Virus record (IMG/VR): IMGVR_UViG_3300010885_046520
Location: 1 to 64,000 of that record
Length of the DNA stretch: 64,000 bases
Reading direction: 5' to 3' (one strand)
DNA from: an uncultured virus (IMG/VR IMGVR_UViG_3300010885_046520)
Taxonomy: Duplodnaviria; Heunggongvirae; Uroviricota; Caudoviricetes
Below are positions 49,601 through 55,443 of the stretch, piece by piece. The notes below the pieces were generated by a model. It worked only from the letters and a program-made list of their open reading frames with translations. It was not told the origin of the DNA and ran no database searches. The position numbers and the translations under genes are program-made. Every line of letters begins with the position of its first letter. Positions within the stretch are counted from its first letter, which is position 1.

Positions 49601-50810
49601 CCTTACCAATCTGACGAAAACCACCAAGTTCTTCTACAATTCTGGAGAACTTTAAATCTCGGGGATCTAATTGAGATAGTCCTTCACTTAATCTTCTAAC
49701 AGCTTCGTATGGTCCAACGAATTTACCTTGAAGGTCTGTTAGTGTTACACCATATTCTTTAAGGGCATCGATTGTGTCTCCTCTTTGAATTCTGGTAAAA
49801 ATTGTTCTTAAACCAGTAGCAATAGTTTCAGCACTTTCACGAGTTGTAGCTCGAACGCTAGTAAACACAGCCATAAATTCATTTAGAGCTTGAGTACCTT
49901 CACTAACACCCTTACTAGCTGTAGCAAACACACCACCGGTACGCTGAATAGCAGTAATAATATCACCGGCTTCAACAGCAAACTTAGCAGCTACCGCATT
50001 AACTGAACCCAATGCACTATCTAATTCACCAGCACTAATACCAAACTGTCTCATTAATGCGATACTACCTTCTACGGTACTATTCAAGTTATCGAATGAT
50101 GGAGCTAATGCACTAAGAGCTAAAGCTTTTAATGCCTTCTCTGTATCTCTAGCACTTAAACCAGCCTGAGCTAATGTGCTAGATACTTTAATTAATTCGT
50201 TAGATGACACACCAAACTTGGTTGATAATTCAGTAATTTCGCCAACCAATCCACCAAGATTCTTTACGGAAGTATCAGTAACCTGAGATACTCTGACTAA
50301 TTCTTGATTAAAAGCAATAAAGTCGGTTGTTGCAGATGTCAGGGCGTTGGATACTTTATAGATGACAGCTGTTACTGTGCTAATAGCAGCAAATCTACGA
50401 GCAGCCAATGCTGATTGGCGACCAAATTCCATAAAAGCTGAAGTTGTATTATGAACCGCAGCAGAAGCCGCAGCGTTTTGTTGAACAACATTTCTTGTAG
50501 CAGCATTAATCTGTTGTAAGTTTGCCGGTAGATTAGCAGCACTATTATTAACTTGTTGTATAGCTGTTCCAAGATTTCTCAAAGATAAAGCTGTAGCATT
50601 TGCTGAGGCATTGGTGGCCTGTAAGGTATTAGTAAAATTTCTAAAAGTTTGATTAAGAGTAGTAATATTACGAGTTACATTAGGATCAACACGAACATTA
50701 ACATCAGCATTAATAGTTCCTAGTTGTCGCCTAATATCAGCAACAACAGTCCTAATGTTAGATGGTCCTCGTAAATTTAACTCTGCTGTAAGATTAAAAC
50801 CTCTAGCCAT
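34659..50810 (-). CDS. giant tape measure protein (5383 aa) with multiple enzyme-like cargo domains
   Basis: N-terminal TMP core (FNQELVRVSQVT, TLAQAGL, AAKFAVEAGDI, RESAETIATGLRTIFTRI), Ala/Gly hydrophobic segments and coiled coils; position after tail tube and chaperones; SD GAGG upstream. Confidence 0.9.
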   Translation of the reverse strand: MARGFNLTAELNLRGPSNIRTVVADIRRQLGTINADVNVRVDPNVTRNITTLNQTFRNFTNTLQATNASANATALSLRNLGTAIQQVNNSAANLPANLQQINAATRNVVQQNAAASAAVHNTTSAFMEFGRQSALAARRFAAISTVTAVIYKVSNALTSATTDFIAFNQELVRVSQVTDTSVKNLGGLVGEITELSTKFGVSSNELIKVSSTLAQAGLSARDTEKALKALALSALAPSFDNLNSTVEGSIALMRQFGISAGELDSALGSVNAVAAKFAVEAGDIITAIQRTGGVFATASKGVSEGTQALNEFMAVFTSVRATTRESAETIATGLRTIFTRIQRGDTIDALKEYGVTLTDLQGKFVGPYEAVRRLSEGLSQLDPRDLKFSRIVEELGGFRQIGKVIPLIQQFATAQAALKVAQSGQDSLAIDAATAQQSLAVQMAKVRNEFVGLVRSIGQSSGFQSFVKLSLDLTSNLIRLTDAAKGALPALGAIFAMRGLSALGQFGRGFIGGIRPTRNNQGGQIRAFAAGGHVPGSGDGDTVPAMLTPGEFVLRKSAVRSIGVGNLHRINRHAGGGKVGPVSIQKLPQAVSLISQNPKIARYMNVNEDSASGFIKQIEPWMLGLNVKSIAREIYNDMRKGLPISPTNQRFSLGKNKATPTQMQSYSNLLGRRGSDKSPKDFLAGKEGARRISQLGTADESPKWSEAYERLLSRTIKERVGKQYIPTGEIENIPRRNSYPVDLISADGKSVGEVKFRPSGMVSKTDYLDKLLRARVVRNLTRPFTLSSPESKDIGNINVYEMPNKDLVMNEIRDLYAKNQGKNNRASGGFIRKFANAGLVTPTAGTTATSSEILKVLTLQGAMQASGANAGDILKILKKKNALSPQEKSIKDQILAAYTKKTSGIKAANDLDIQKATTEGLLFGAAGFKGKAFATTPRMDIPGLNNPVKVRITSGVLDKNAAGRDIKRMAQAMSGESQNLTKNVMIRDILKQVGPIYSDFDRTLAFGADKILSDPRKPRFSEFSDKTKVERALAKATLSKLGKALVSQVKKTPELLDNLHVISARPQATMGLIATWLAKNGLPIPIDRIKGVGGPDRTAEQIAELKLKEMDKSGSFIDDDERNINAAKAAGINTYLYKNKKVKSSDRKKMGEANAQGYMAESIIHQLGGPIANKAATNYGIDFPDGLQDAAKYFNLPQNIPTDAKLTLNGPAELKDQIGNYLKARGYASGGHVQAMVSNGEAYVPPETAKAIGYGKLNRMNQADRNGMSSFSSGGISVFKGSGTGTSDSIGPINLPVGSFILREAATKALGYRSGGAVRGIQRFAGGGTTYEAVASFDAVSAQAEKAVDDLLAKIVNQIATANPSVDFDTAYRSAEDQVVGGVSLGTRQAADLGDQNAAKAVADAQRKQVASLTRQIRATDSSVSVSMAKAAAERKVADAWGGLYKAVQTNTQSQSRLAQSFPTLSKAFQGASRGLGSIRSRIMGPSDEEIGNMSDSQRAQYEAKRDRRARYMNGGLALAFAAPMAAEAVGSMVGGSNGRGVAAAGTAFGGAVSVGAQFGPWGALAGAVAGAVLAVDSFGKAVAEADIDVSKKKIEGSATNAEAQLEKLNKNPKDAAITSSIIQNFKSIAAEEEKISAKQAELRQPSYLTRGLEAASFGMYKAAKPTDKQIAEEETANQKVAGEIALKTITAKVEGGSNIQEALSSFGGDKDLAKLNIAQTNEKFNLENKKLENIKKTPGQDPQIIADVEKRQKELIDVYFKEETATLQATVAERSRVQALQQSARTLNLASVSISKTFENMDQAIAAATMGLDKASQRIDEIASGQASLKTEFKSKDVLKNPNAYSQKERQTAISQVSGMFGTDKKFVEGLSKFGSSAEDTITKIAVKAQQSGNGSSETLGDDITRELTQQLIDTFGDNRISDAIREQLKGAVKDNIKQNDGVLDPQSLIESTGGLKQLIDSQKKSFNTMLGQYEFIEKGLNQYGEAVQKAAELQTQAIGKFASLQGYLSDSTVSLKEALGEGRRISLKERASGRYTEAAINAGIKPGSLTAANLTNQRTMLMGQQAAVQGNISKLENSGNAADPAVISLINKQKEALANLNRQIAATEKGLETLPDLIKQDMQDTLSKISQLRSEKESKTQAGASFGEKLVTSTPTELKNLNSTYDLLNRTLNGQITTINQSISAQQAYQKVIEDGGTHMDAVGAAQEAFASDAKNTFGLFNELITVSGLDNTDPQRAGNLRADLIENTARNQGLNVQNNPFLREIVANLRAAPKEDPQIKALENLYKQQQAALGEATQKAINPLLEKQAQILNTANTALITALTNLTNAFNNAQGRNEGLGLARPGNVMTRAQGGPVYAASGTLVNYEPRGTDTVPAMLTPGEFVVNRSATQNNLPLLKSINSGKYAKGGVVYLAGGSTNPVQIANVIDPLVANMISGSDDAGDALNIIARGNRYRVPSNLSPRDPLFKFLLARQGDPAMTGARVRREWNAAVRASRLGINDPIFKPYIQQITEVKLAGLDLGDNDIPEIRRPRNVNPNGLERWLGIQPVKPKPPASLLNRTGNMLGSAYQGARSVIRNPGAALSYGASQAPGIARAAAPIAGRFFGSIFGAVSGAMADPRLTNRNRLVNTGLGMLTGTGETMGDVGAHSMIGWATGVEQGTMLDRQLGNFSQLGLTSVEHATMGVPAQFAPITAALAMNIQETAGYLADANDATTSEIRTNRNLQASRRPRRPNDHLGGFDLNAFQRSAVERKAELLRLKKKDQAARGNSQGTSSNQNFYDEQIRLIDDSFNTMDTVPGIFWDTKQDKNRGTGASSARLDAATEAHVQYLDEQERKSELAAEQKRAEKAKKVERQRQEERRQTRATQVRATANRAVQTAVPYVSSVANAAVSGFQTINRNNQENINRRRAANESQADRWVDRPALPPGAAKVAFDGDTVDVYKQTDKLNKEKQEIEAEIDRYKYKDPKDMSKEQKRDKEKLLQQLEDKNRQIVSLNNKAFVDIPLAEQDRLWKNYEKKQEREANRAQILASNRANSRRFNLELAVGKAVGMGAPDKFRSPEAFMGWREQALSKLRGKFNLSGSPRLDEKLLTKYGLSADAAKDLFRPFTPEQAEALIQTMSQQTVGGNYKYSDRDIAILRMSQDQIEQVAFRIYNKSGDYGADVATMAERKRLEKAQGKTFAKLLRNFSSIDRMAARGQGMNPGQQAMLKNNISKQLTKMGYINPEDTDAANAARLSAFNINNTVGLLYPRVAAGNPAFRVAQGSSNGGMIYAADGTLVDYQPRGTDTVPAMLTPGEFVVNAKATSQHLPLLQAINKSKGGVIYRSVGGETKTLDSTQQSSQIRDKELNSRLQQEIANNAKNNLGLSTKISDTTKNTKDQQLPKLVNNTDTINRNNLTRFDKVDVTEQRLLKNTDDLKKQNKTNLSQTSDSLGYMMDRDSTHYELSTAHFALSNRMDAKLDRLLLLAAAPPMIPPAPPAGAQNGPPLPGAPPGAGNLPVNPGGAGAQFSKGGIVYASAGKLINYQPKGTDTVPAMLTPGEFVVNAKATSQNLPLLQAINKDKGGVIYAEKGKHIPSQDLSFEDVALGKGLPAKFSPRTPAYGSKAELDKAVAEGYNAAISNDEELKSQPLGKLDHLQYRRAFPYVERHKLDTKIRTHYQPPFDTRFSGSLMGKEGQEVIHVDPKKGSYGLLMHEMRHAAFGSTDESQRSETFMTNEDLDWAVQVYNAKYPNNPISMSRAEYLTRPFEIDARLGAVRQIMKRHQQALVSANKPVPYKTVEQAYHYFLANRNSLNRSEDSGFATEDLDFYTMFKDKYETMMAMRMAELYSNGGVVYAQDGRQINKPSLEDIRAQRKADYENEKLRRKQVAGIKRKDKQSNKAKLTPEQIEKARQEARIASILKNWGNPEESSQLRNSRQYWNEYGNYSDAVGGSPAVNFRTWMKENYPGVKGDRLEKMIKDFDPEDANATTYSKGGIIYAHEGTLVPRIMDPRLGQQNQSDMPEMTPTQGELDWARRQQQAHVANRDAEGFDWNAPEGVISAYGPPPGPGPLGAPFHERMNMFSDIVGSFLFGLPGAGPKPSPQTRVPRAKTPLLKQPVVLPAPRPERAPLGFEDLGTRGAANPKAGGVKGTGLTSTDTQATAQVFDPSKTMSQSRTLAEYQKSLKDARDIEFKRLEKLKTQWAKEQLAEYQKQEKEGTLRPDTKSRNQQGLPVYRSLEERADEIASYRVRSHQQTLDAAYTSAKNSSEYDFASNRTVDTNKITGASSFIKPQAKPTFSKFIETKDFDIDSIQRLIQYPQPVFDSLVETLYQLTGTSGELPKTFNRTNLLFGDQEIGITGIGAKAPGVAQQPVGRMGVRDTIGRENIQTALKEVLLSNFRSEMGKFERVNLGPVDEMNASRYKDRGLIGTAEQKVGGTYGAKVEGTGNFYQPESESAAAEFLSRHTNFNLTQADTDPKLAQSRGGFLIETARGVLEDAKQKVMIKLQQSLLAQQNKPQTPDVPGAPASNKIRILSPYDNTNADKFNSEVFGEDAREIIAFYEDPKTGSANQGWGRVSAKPIDNQKTFKIETSLAKKGYGESLYHAIIEYITKIGGSVIPDDSQTPDAKKLWKKLEKHPDISAGENGYTKKPSLITDTTRVESGVGEDYIRRPTTSYEIEQQGYGDLVKPVSPTPVTPIPSSKAKAFGQFKSQGGIVYAQNGVLVPGSRLMDPRLGQQNQNYMPEMTPTQGELDFANQQAKLQTQRAKITTDNSGRQWHTPTGEISAYGPPAGPGLLGASFLERAGAAWNMFTDIAEAAVAGGATTTNAGSRQSIRGAKTPITKSSAPLDVPKASKTVPLFHASNTGLEDSILKSFQKEGGKSSIAKGYGQGQGLYTYTSREAAEKHARSIMQGTLTGADTRGKPMIVKFDETLDPSRFDLDYELNKSYVARWLHDNFDQVQSVLSDMKYSPLLKKLELQDPSGKTLRGIQTQTFASPNSGGGGLADSWLMQQQTRLPSRRAIYDSTDAVTRDGEVLSQIMKFIGKRNPEMLQKFREGFFETMPPGSAIKYIGSDNLAPSNIDVLAKARGGVVYANNGMLIPYQPRGTDTVPAMLTPGEFVVNRQATQQNLPLLKSINSGAQGFSSGGVVYLESGGETPKKRKYTQDRDERRQLDQLRLAAIEAERKQTRDSIEAERKALGERVKEAQINKAEEYKYRGIPRQIQQAPPQGNQTNQQNQQQNQAMFTQGNQQMNPQMSQRVNMAAQAAFDPQHAGDVDKQLAIFGTLLTGSNQVLTQFGMALENMIQSMGATPVGGGVNNNSRGQLDGLSQFTSTFNRFIGQLEQIKIPEQVNLQGTHRVEVVINGASVFANMQEPIQRMILDQVNGAMNKLAMKTEGVLQV
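35500..49205 (-). repeat. dispersed protein-level repeat G(T/D)(D/G)DTVPAMLTPGEFV[VL] within the TMP, five full copies
   Basis: Copies near 49150-49205, 43641-43703, 40897-40960, 40168-40230 and 35500-35560; degenerate copies near 47075-47125 and 46900-46960. Confidence 0.9.
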
Positions 50811-50822
50811 AATTTATACCTC

Positions 50823-50864
50823 AAAAAAATAACACCACACTGTCGAGTAACAGTATGGTGCTAT
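50823..50864 (-). terminator. intrinsic terminator-like hairpin immediately upstream of the TMP gene
   Basis: Minus strand ATAGCACCATACTGT-TACTCG-ACAGTGTGGTGTTAT-TTTTTT: a 15-bp stem with 2 G:U pairs plus a U-tract. Confidence 0.7.
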
Positions 50865-50890
50865 AAGTGAAACAAAATTTAGAAAAAATA

Positions 50891-51772
50891 TCAGACAGTT
50901 TTATCTGATGGAGTTGGTTCTGGGGCTGGTGTAGTTGTAGGAGTTGTTTCATCTTTTTTAGTTTCTTCTTTATTGCTTTCTAATACAACGGGCTTTCCTT
51001 CTTCGTCCAAAAATGGCTGTGCTTCAACTACATAGTCACCTTCTAGATCTACCCTATTGCCGAACTTATCAACAAAGTTACCCTGCTCATCAATGAAACG
51101 ATTATTCTCATCGATCAACCTACCTTCAGCATCAACCAAACGACCCTGCTTATCAACAAGCCTTAACTTTTCATCAACAAATTTATACTTCTGTAAAAAC
51201 TTGTTTTCTGGTAAAGTCTTCTCAAAATTATTATCCAACCCATAAATTATATTAGCCAATTTCTGAGCACCGAGCAAAGCTACTGGGTCATCTGCTTTGT
51301 TCAAATACTCTTCCAAACTCTTAAAATAAGGCTCATTAGTATCTTTATACACCACACAAGCGGATACTAAATAATTAAACCTAGCATTATCAGCTTGACC
51401 TTCAGCACTATGATTATCTAAAGATGTACGAACACTAATTAGGTCTCTTATTTCGGCCCTAATTTCTTTCATCTTTAAAGCAAGGTCTTTAGCATCCTTT
51501 AGACCGAACCCACCCTTAGCTAATCTCTTTTCTCCATCTAATAGTTCTTGTTGCAGATCGGAGAACTTTCTCTGCTTTTCCTTGTTCCATAAGCCCTGTT
51601 CTTCTAAGAGATCATCCATCTTTGCTCTAACCACAGATTTACTCTTTATAGCGTCTGTAAAGGCTTGGTTATAAGTTTTCTGGGCTTCTCTTTGATCATT
51701 TAAAGAGGGTGAACGGACCACGAAATGCTTCTCTACATTATCAACAACCACACTAAAGTTATCAGTTTTCAT
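50891..51772 (-). CDS. putative tail assembly chaperone
   Basis: Directly upstream of the TMP; coiled-coil core; C-terminal 7-aa D-x-x-G repeats. Confidence 0.5.
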   Translation of the reverse strand: MKTDNFSVVVDNVEKHFVVRSPSLNDQREAQKTYNQAFTDAIKSKSVVRAKMDDLLEEQGLWNKEKQRKFSDLQQELLDGEKRLAKGGFGLKDAKDLALKMKEIRAEIRDLISVRTSLDNHSAEGQADNARFNYLVSACVVYKDTNEPYFKSLEEYLNKADDPVALLGAQKLANIIYGLDNNFEKTLPENKFLQKYKFVDEKLRLVDKQGRLVDAEGRLIDENNRFIDEQGNFVDKFGNRVDLEGDYVVEAQPFLDEEGKPVVLESNKEETKKDETTPTTTPAPEPTPSDKTV

Positions 51773-51773
51773 A

Positions 51774-52079
51774 TTAATTGTCCTTCCTGTCTTGATTTTT
51801 AATTACCGGGAATGAATAGTGATATTGTGTCTTAAACAAACCACCGTGTCTATAAAAGTCTTCTTTAAGATTTCTAATTTGCGTATTACCATGATTCAAA
51901 ATTTGATTGCGAGTATAATCCCACATATCAGCAAATTCTTCTTCTTTTTGTGATAGTTCTCCTTCTTTATCATGGCCCCACAAAAAACCAAAATTGTCTT
52001 CCATGCGAGCTAATGCTCCTATCATGGTTGTTTGGATCCTCTTTTCCATATAAAATCTTAGCCTATCTGGATCATACAT
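51774..52079 (-). CDS. hypothetical protein
   Basis: 101-aa ORF packed in the operon. Confidence 0.7.
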   Translation of the reverse strand: MYDPDRLRFYMEKRIQTTMIGALARMEDNFGFLWGHDKEGELSQKEEEFADMWDYTRNQILNHGNTQIRNLKEDFYRHGGLFKTQYHYSFPVIKNQDRKDN

Positions 52080-52083
52080 AAAA

Positions 52084-53124
52084 TTATCCCTTACTATTTA
52101 ATTGTTGCATTATCTTTTGTTGAACATCTGGCAACTGAGCATCTGGTATCCTACTTCCAATATCATTCTGGTTTATAAAGTCTATTTTTTGTCTAAGAGT
52201 AGCTAATCCTTGATTATTGTTAAGTCCGAGTATGTCATCTGCCTGTTGTTTATTCCCTGCCATTAAAAATACTTCTGAGGCATTTTTCAAATTGCCACTC
52301 AATGTATTTTCTACACCCTTTTGCTTTTTTTGTCTTTCATTTTCTTGTTTATTAAAAAGCATCCAACCATCTAGAGCATCATCATCATTAATAATATCTT
52401 GTTGTGGACATTCTGGATGTTCATATATCTTATCATACATATAAGAAATATTTATCAAACTCTTTTGTTCTTCAGACCATTCTTTAACAGAATCATCTAG
52501 TATATTGCTTTTATTATTATTCCAATAATTTCTCCAATACTCACTTCTAGCGAGAGCTTTGAAGGTGCTAATGTCTATTAGGTTTTGAGAAATTTTGGAT
52601 GCTACACTGTTAAAAGAATTATAATCGATATTTTCATTATGAAAAATTAAATTATCTGTATTATACTCATAAAGAGTATTAGTTATTAAAAATTCGTTCC
52701 TAATATTATCACAATAATGTTCTAATGTAATATAGTCTAAGCAATGTTGTTTTTGTAAGAATTGCTCAAGATCCTTTTTTAAATTTTGTATTTTCTGTTT
52801 AATCTTATTTCTTTTGGTGCTATCAAAGTATTGTTGATATAGTGTTATTTTACTGGACTCTAAACTTTTTTCTATTTTCTCTATTATTTTTTTATAATCC
52901 CATGGTAGAATCTGTAATTCAAATAATAAATGTTCAATATCTTCTAAGAACCAAAATTCATTATAGAGATTACTCTCATAAGCATCAGTATAGAGAATGT
53001 CTCCACTGATTTTTAAAGACAAAGAAGGTTTCCTAAGTTCATAAGTCATATCGTTGCAAACAAAAACTTGTTTTCCAGATAAAATCCTATGTACTAGTAT
53101 TTCGTGATACTTAGACTCATTCAC
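52084..53124 (-). CDS. hypothetical protein, possible tail assembly chaperone
   Basis: Lies between the tail tube and the TMP; motif YEHPECP...DDDALDGW; GTG start. Confidence 0.6.
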   Translation of the reverse strand: MNESKYHEILVHRILSGKQVFVCNDMTYELRKPSLSLKISGDILYTDAYESNLYNEFWFLEDIEHLLFELQILPWDYKKIIEKIEKSLESSKITLYQQYFDSTKRNKIKQKIQNLKKDLEQFLQKQHCLDYITLEHYCDNIRNEFLITNTLYEYNTDNLIFHNENIDYNSFNSVASKISQNLIDISTFKALARSEYWRNYWNNNKSNILDDSVKEWSEEQKSLINISYMYDKIYEHPECPQQDIINDDDALDGWMLFNKQENERQKKQKGVENTLSGNLKNASEVFLMAGNKQQADDILGLNNNQGLATLRQKIDFINQNDIGSRIPDAQLPDVQQKIMQQLNSKG

Positions 53125-53126
53125 AT

Positions 53127-53273
53127 TTACTGTTCTTGAGAAATAATAGAAGCTTGTAGTTTAGAGATATCTTTTTCTCTATCTTCCAATTTTTTTTGTA
53201 GATTTTCTATTATCTTTTGACTTTGTAATAAGTCTAAATATAACTTTCCTATTGTTGCAAATACTTCATCCAT
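53127..53273 (-). CDS. 48-aa coiled-coil protein (not in the ORF track)
   Basis: ATG at 53273 with GAGGA SD; MDEVFATIGKLYLDLLQSQKIIENLQKKLEDREKDISKLQASIISQEQ*; fills the gap exactly. Confidence 0.7.
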   Translation of the reverse strand: MDEVFATIGKLYLDLLQSQKIIENLQKKLEDREKDISKLQASIISQEQ

Positions 53274-53318
53274 AATAGTCCTCGAACCATGTTCTTTTGA
53301 TATAAATTAACTTAACAA

Positions 53319-54458
53319 TTAGTAATCAGTGCCTGGAACTGGTAGAGCAAGAGGAGTGGCTTCGATAACATCACTGAATCCAAAAGGAGGATAAATACTA
53401 CCACTAGCAGTACCACCACTTATAGGTGCACTGTAGGTAAAATCACTATATGTTGTATAACTATAAGTGATTGTAGCATTACCACCATCAGTACCACCGC
53501 CATTAAAGTTGACTGACTTGAGCTTGTTCTTATTGCCAAGGTCAATACTCATTCCGTCGCAGAGAACAATCTTAATACTCTTATTGCTAAGAGCTTTAGG
53601 ATTAGAGCAAGCAATATTAGTTGAACCACTAACGCCAACCATGTCACCAGTATTAGCTGTAACTTCAATGTCTGTTGAAATTTCAACTGGGAACTTGATA
53701 TAACGATAGTAAGGTGTTCTACTACCTAATTCACGAATTTGTTCACGACCAAGATTCATACTAACTTTAACACTGTTAATCTTAATGCCCGCTGGAATAC
53801 CACCAGATTCTGAACCTTTGTCTAAGCTAACTTGACCATTACCAGTACCAGTAATACCAGTTGGAAGAATAGTACTACTAGCATTCCATAATCCACGACG
53901 CATGATACCAAGACCTGAATTATTCGGAGATGGAATATCCCAAGTTGGTGCTGATCCACCGCTAGTGGTGGGATAATTGGAAGAAACAGCCACATTTAAC
54001 CATGTTTTATCATTACTTACCAATGTAACTTCTTCTGTAAAATTACCATCCGTTGGGAAATTATATGTAACAGCTGATAGGTAAGAAGGTACGCATTCTA
54101 CTGCGGCGGTTGGAACACCTGTGGACTTGGTAACTGTATCAGGATAAAGTAGCATTTTAAGACCACAACGATTATTTGCCAAGTCAGCCAAACTGCCAGT
54201 ACCCATACTCATTTCATAAATAGTTGGCATACCATCTAATACTTTATTCAAAGTAATTTCAACTTCTGGAATTTCTTCATAATTGTCATATAAAGAAAGC
54301 TGACCAAGTTGATAAACTGGTTCTAGATTAAAGTTAGTTTGGATACCAACACTTTGCAAGCCTTGGATTGTATCATAATCAGGATTTTTAACTACCTTGG
54401 TGCCTGATGGACCAGCTAGCTGCACAGATTGACAAGCATAATAAATACGATTGGCCAT
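53319..54458 (-). CDS. putative major tail tube protein
   Basis: Two repeated tube-like halves (NFNLEPVYQLGQLSLY / NLGREQIRELGSRTPY); position upstream of the chaperones and TMP; SD GGAG. Confidence 0.65.
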   Translation of the reverse strand: MANRIYYACQSVQLAGPSGTKVVKNPDYDTIQGLQSVGIQTNFNLEPVYQLGQLSLYDNYEEIPEVEITLNKVLDGMPTIYEMSMGTGSLADLANNRCGLKMLLYPDTVTKSTGVPTAAVECVPSYLSAVTYNFPTDGNFTEEVTLVSNDKTWLNVAVSSNYPTTSGGSAPTWDIPSPNNSGLGIMRRGLWNASSTILPTGITGTGNGQVSLDKGSESGGIPAGIKINSVKVSMNLGREQIRELGSRTPYYRYIKFPVEISTDIEVTANTGDMVGVSGSTNIACSNPKALSNKSIKIVLCDGMSIDLGNKNKLKSVNFNGGGTDGGNATITYSYTTYSDFTYSAPISGGTASGSIYPPFGFSDVIEATPLALPVPGTDY

Positions 54459-54480
54459 GAGAGTGTCTCCGTTAATTTGG

Positions 54481-55443
54481 CTAAATGATAACTTCGGTCG
54501 TTAACCTTAATGTACACCAATATAAATTTTTATTTCTGCTTTCCATATCTAAAATTGAGATGTCTTTTAAATAACATCTTTTCCATCTATATAATGGATT
54601 TAGCACTAAATCACAATAATTTTTACCAGTATTGTTGATAGAGCCCTGATAATTTAAGGGGTTTATCCCACTATTTATCACTTTTTGGATATCATATAAC
54701 CATAAAGTTTTTTGTTTTTGTAGTCGTATAATATCGGCTATTCTGTTTTTATCAGAAGAATTTTCTGCAAACACATGTAATAATATGTCTTGATTAACAG
54801 CAAAATCATGAGCACCCATTTGCCAGGGTTGAGAATAACTACTAGCAATAGGCTCGATAACTATGCAAGGCATTTGAATTCTATGATTAGATGATATTGA
54901 GTAATCACCCTTATCTTTTTGATTAATGGCTGGTGATGGACTATATGTCATACCTTGTAATTCTACCCAATAAGGATCAGTACTACTTTTGTATACTTGA
55001 CACCATCTATAAGAATATTCTAGTTTAACAACTGATGCAGCAGCTAAGGGCTTATCGAATACTACTTGTCCAAGAGGATAATTTATATGATAACCAACAG
55101 ACCCACTTCCTGTTGGAGATGGATAAAAATTAGTTCCAATACTAACTCCAGAAATGCGGGTGGGTTGGGTTCCATTAAAAGAAACTCCTGTCTCCCATAC
55201 CCAATCTTTTTTGGGGGTCTGCCATATCTGACCTTTATTAAAGCCGGGCTGTTCAGAAATTTTAAGTTCGTGAAATGATCCACCATACAATCCACTAGTG
55301 GGAATCTTTACATTAATAAAACCACCAATATTAAGAAATCCCCAATCTAGGAATGTCTTTAAGTTTTCTTCTAATTCATTCAGTAAAGTATTACCTCCTA
55401 ATGAAGTAATAGTATTGAATTTTGTATAGTCTTCACAACTCAT
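54481..55443 (-). CDS. putative tail completion/terminator protein
   Basis: Immediately upstream of the tail tube; MPCIVIE...QDILLHVFAE..DKNRIADII fits the terminator fold pattern. Confidence 0.5.
   Translation of the reverse strand: MSCEDYTKFNTITSLGGNTLLNELEENLKTFLDWGFLNIGGFINVKIPTSGLYGGSFHELKISEQPGFNKGQIWQTPKKDWVWETGVSFNGTQPTRISGVSIGTNFYPSPTGSGSVGYHINYPLGQVVFDKPLAAASVVKLEYSYRWCQVYKSSTDPYWVELQGMTYSPSPAINQKDKGDYSISSNHRIQMPCIVIEPIASSYSQPWQMGAHDFAVNQDILLHVFAENSSDKNRIADIIRLQKQKTLWLYDIQKVINSGINPLNYQGSINNTGKNYCDLVLNPLYRWKRCYLKDISILDMESRNKNLYWCTLRLTTEVII

Noticed and set aside
50891..53124. Lambda G/GT-type programmed -1 frameshift in the tail chaperones
   Set aside because: The ORFs have their own starts and abut without the overlap pattern; I did not identify a convincing slippery heptamer at their ends.
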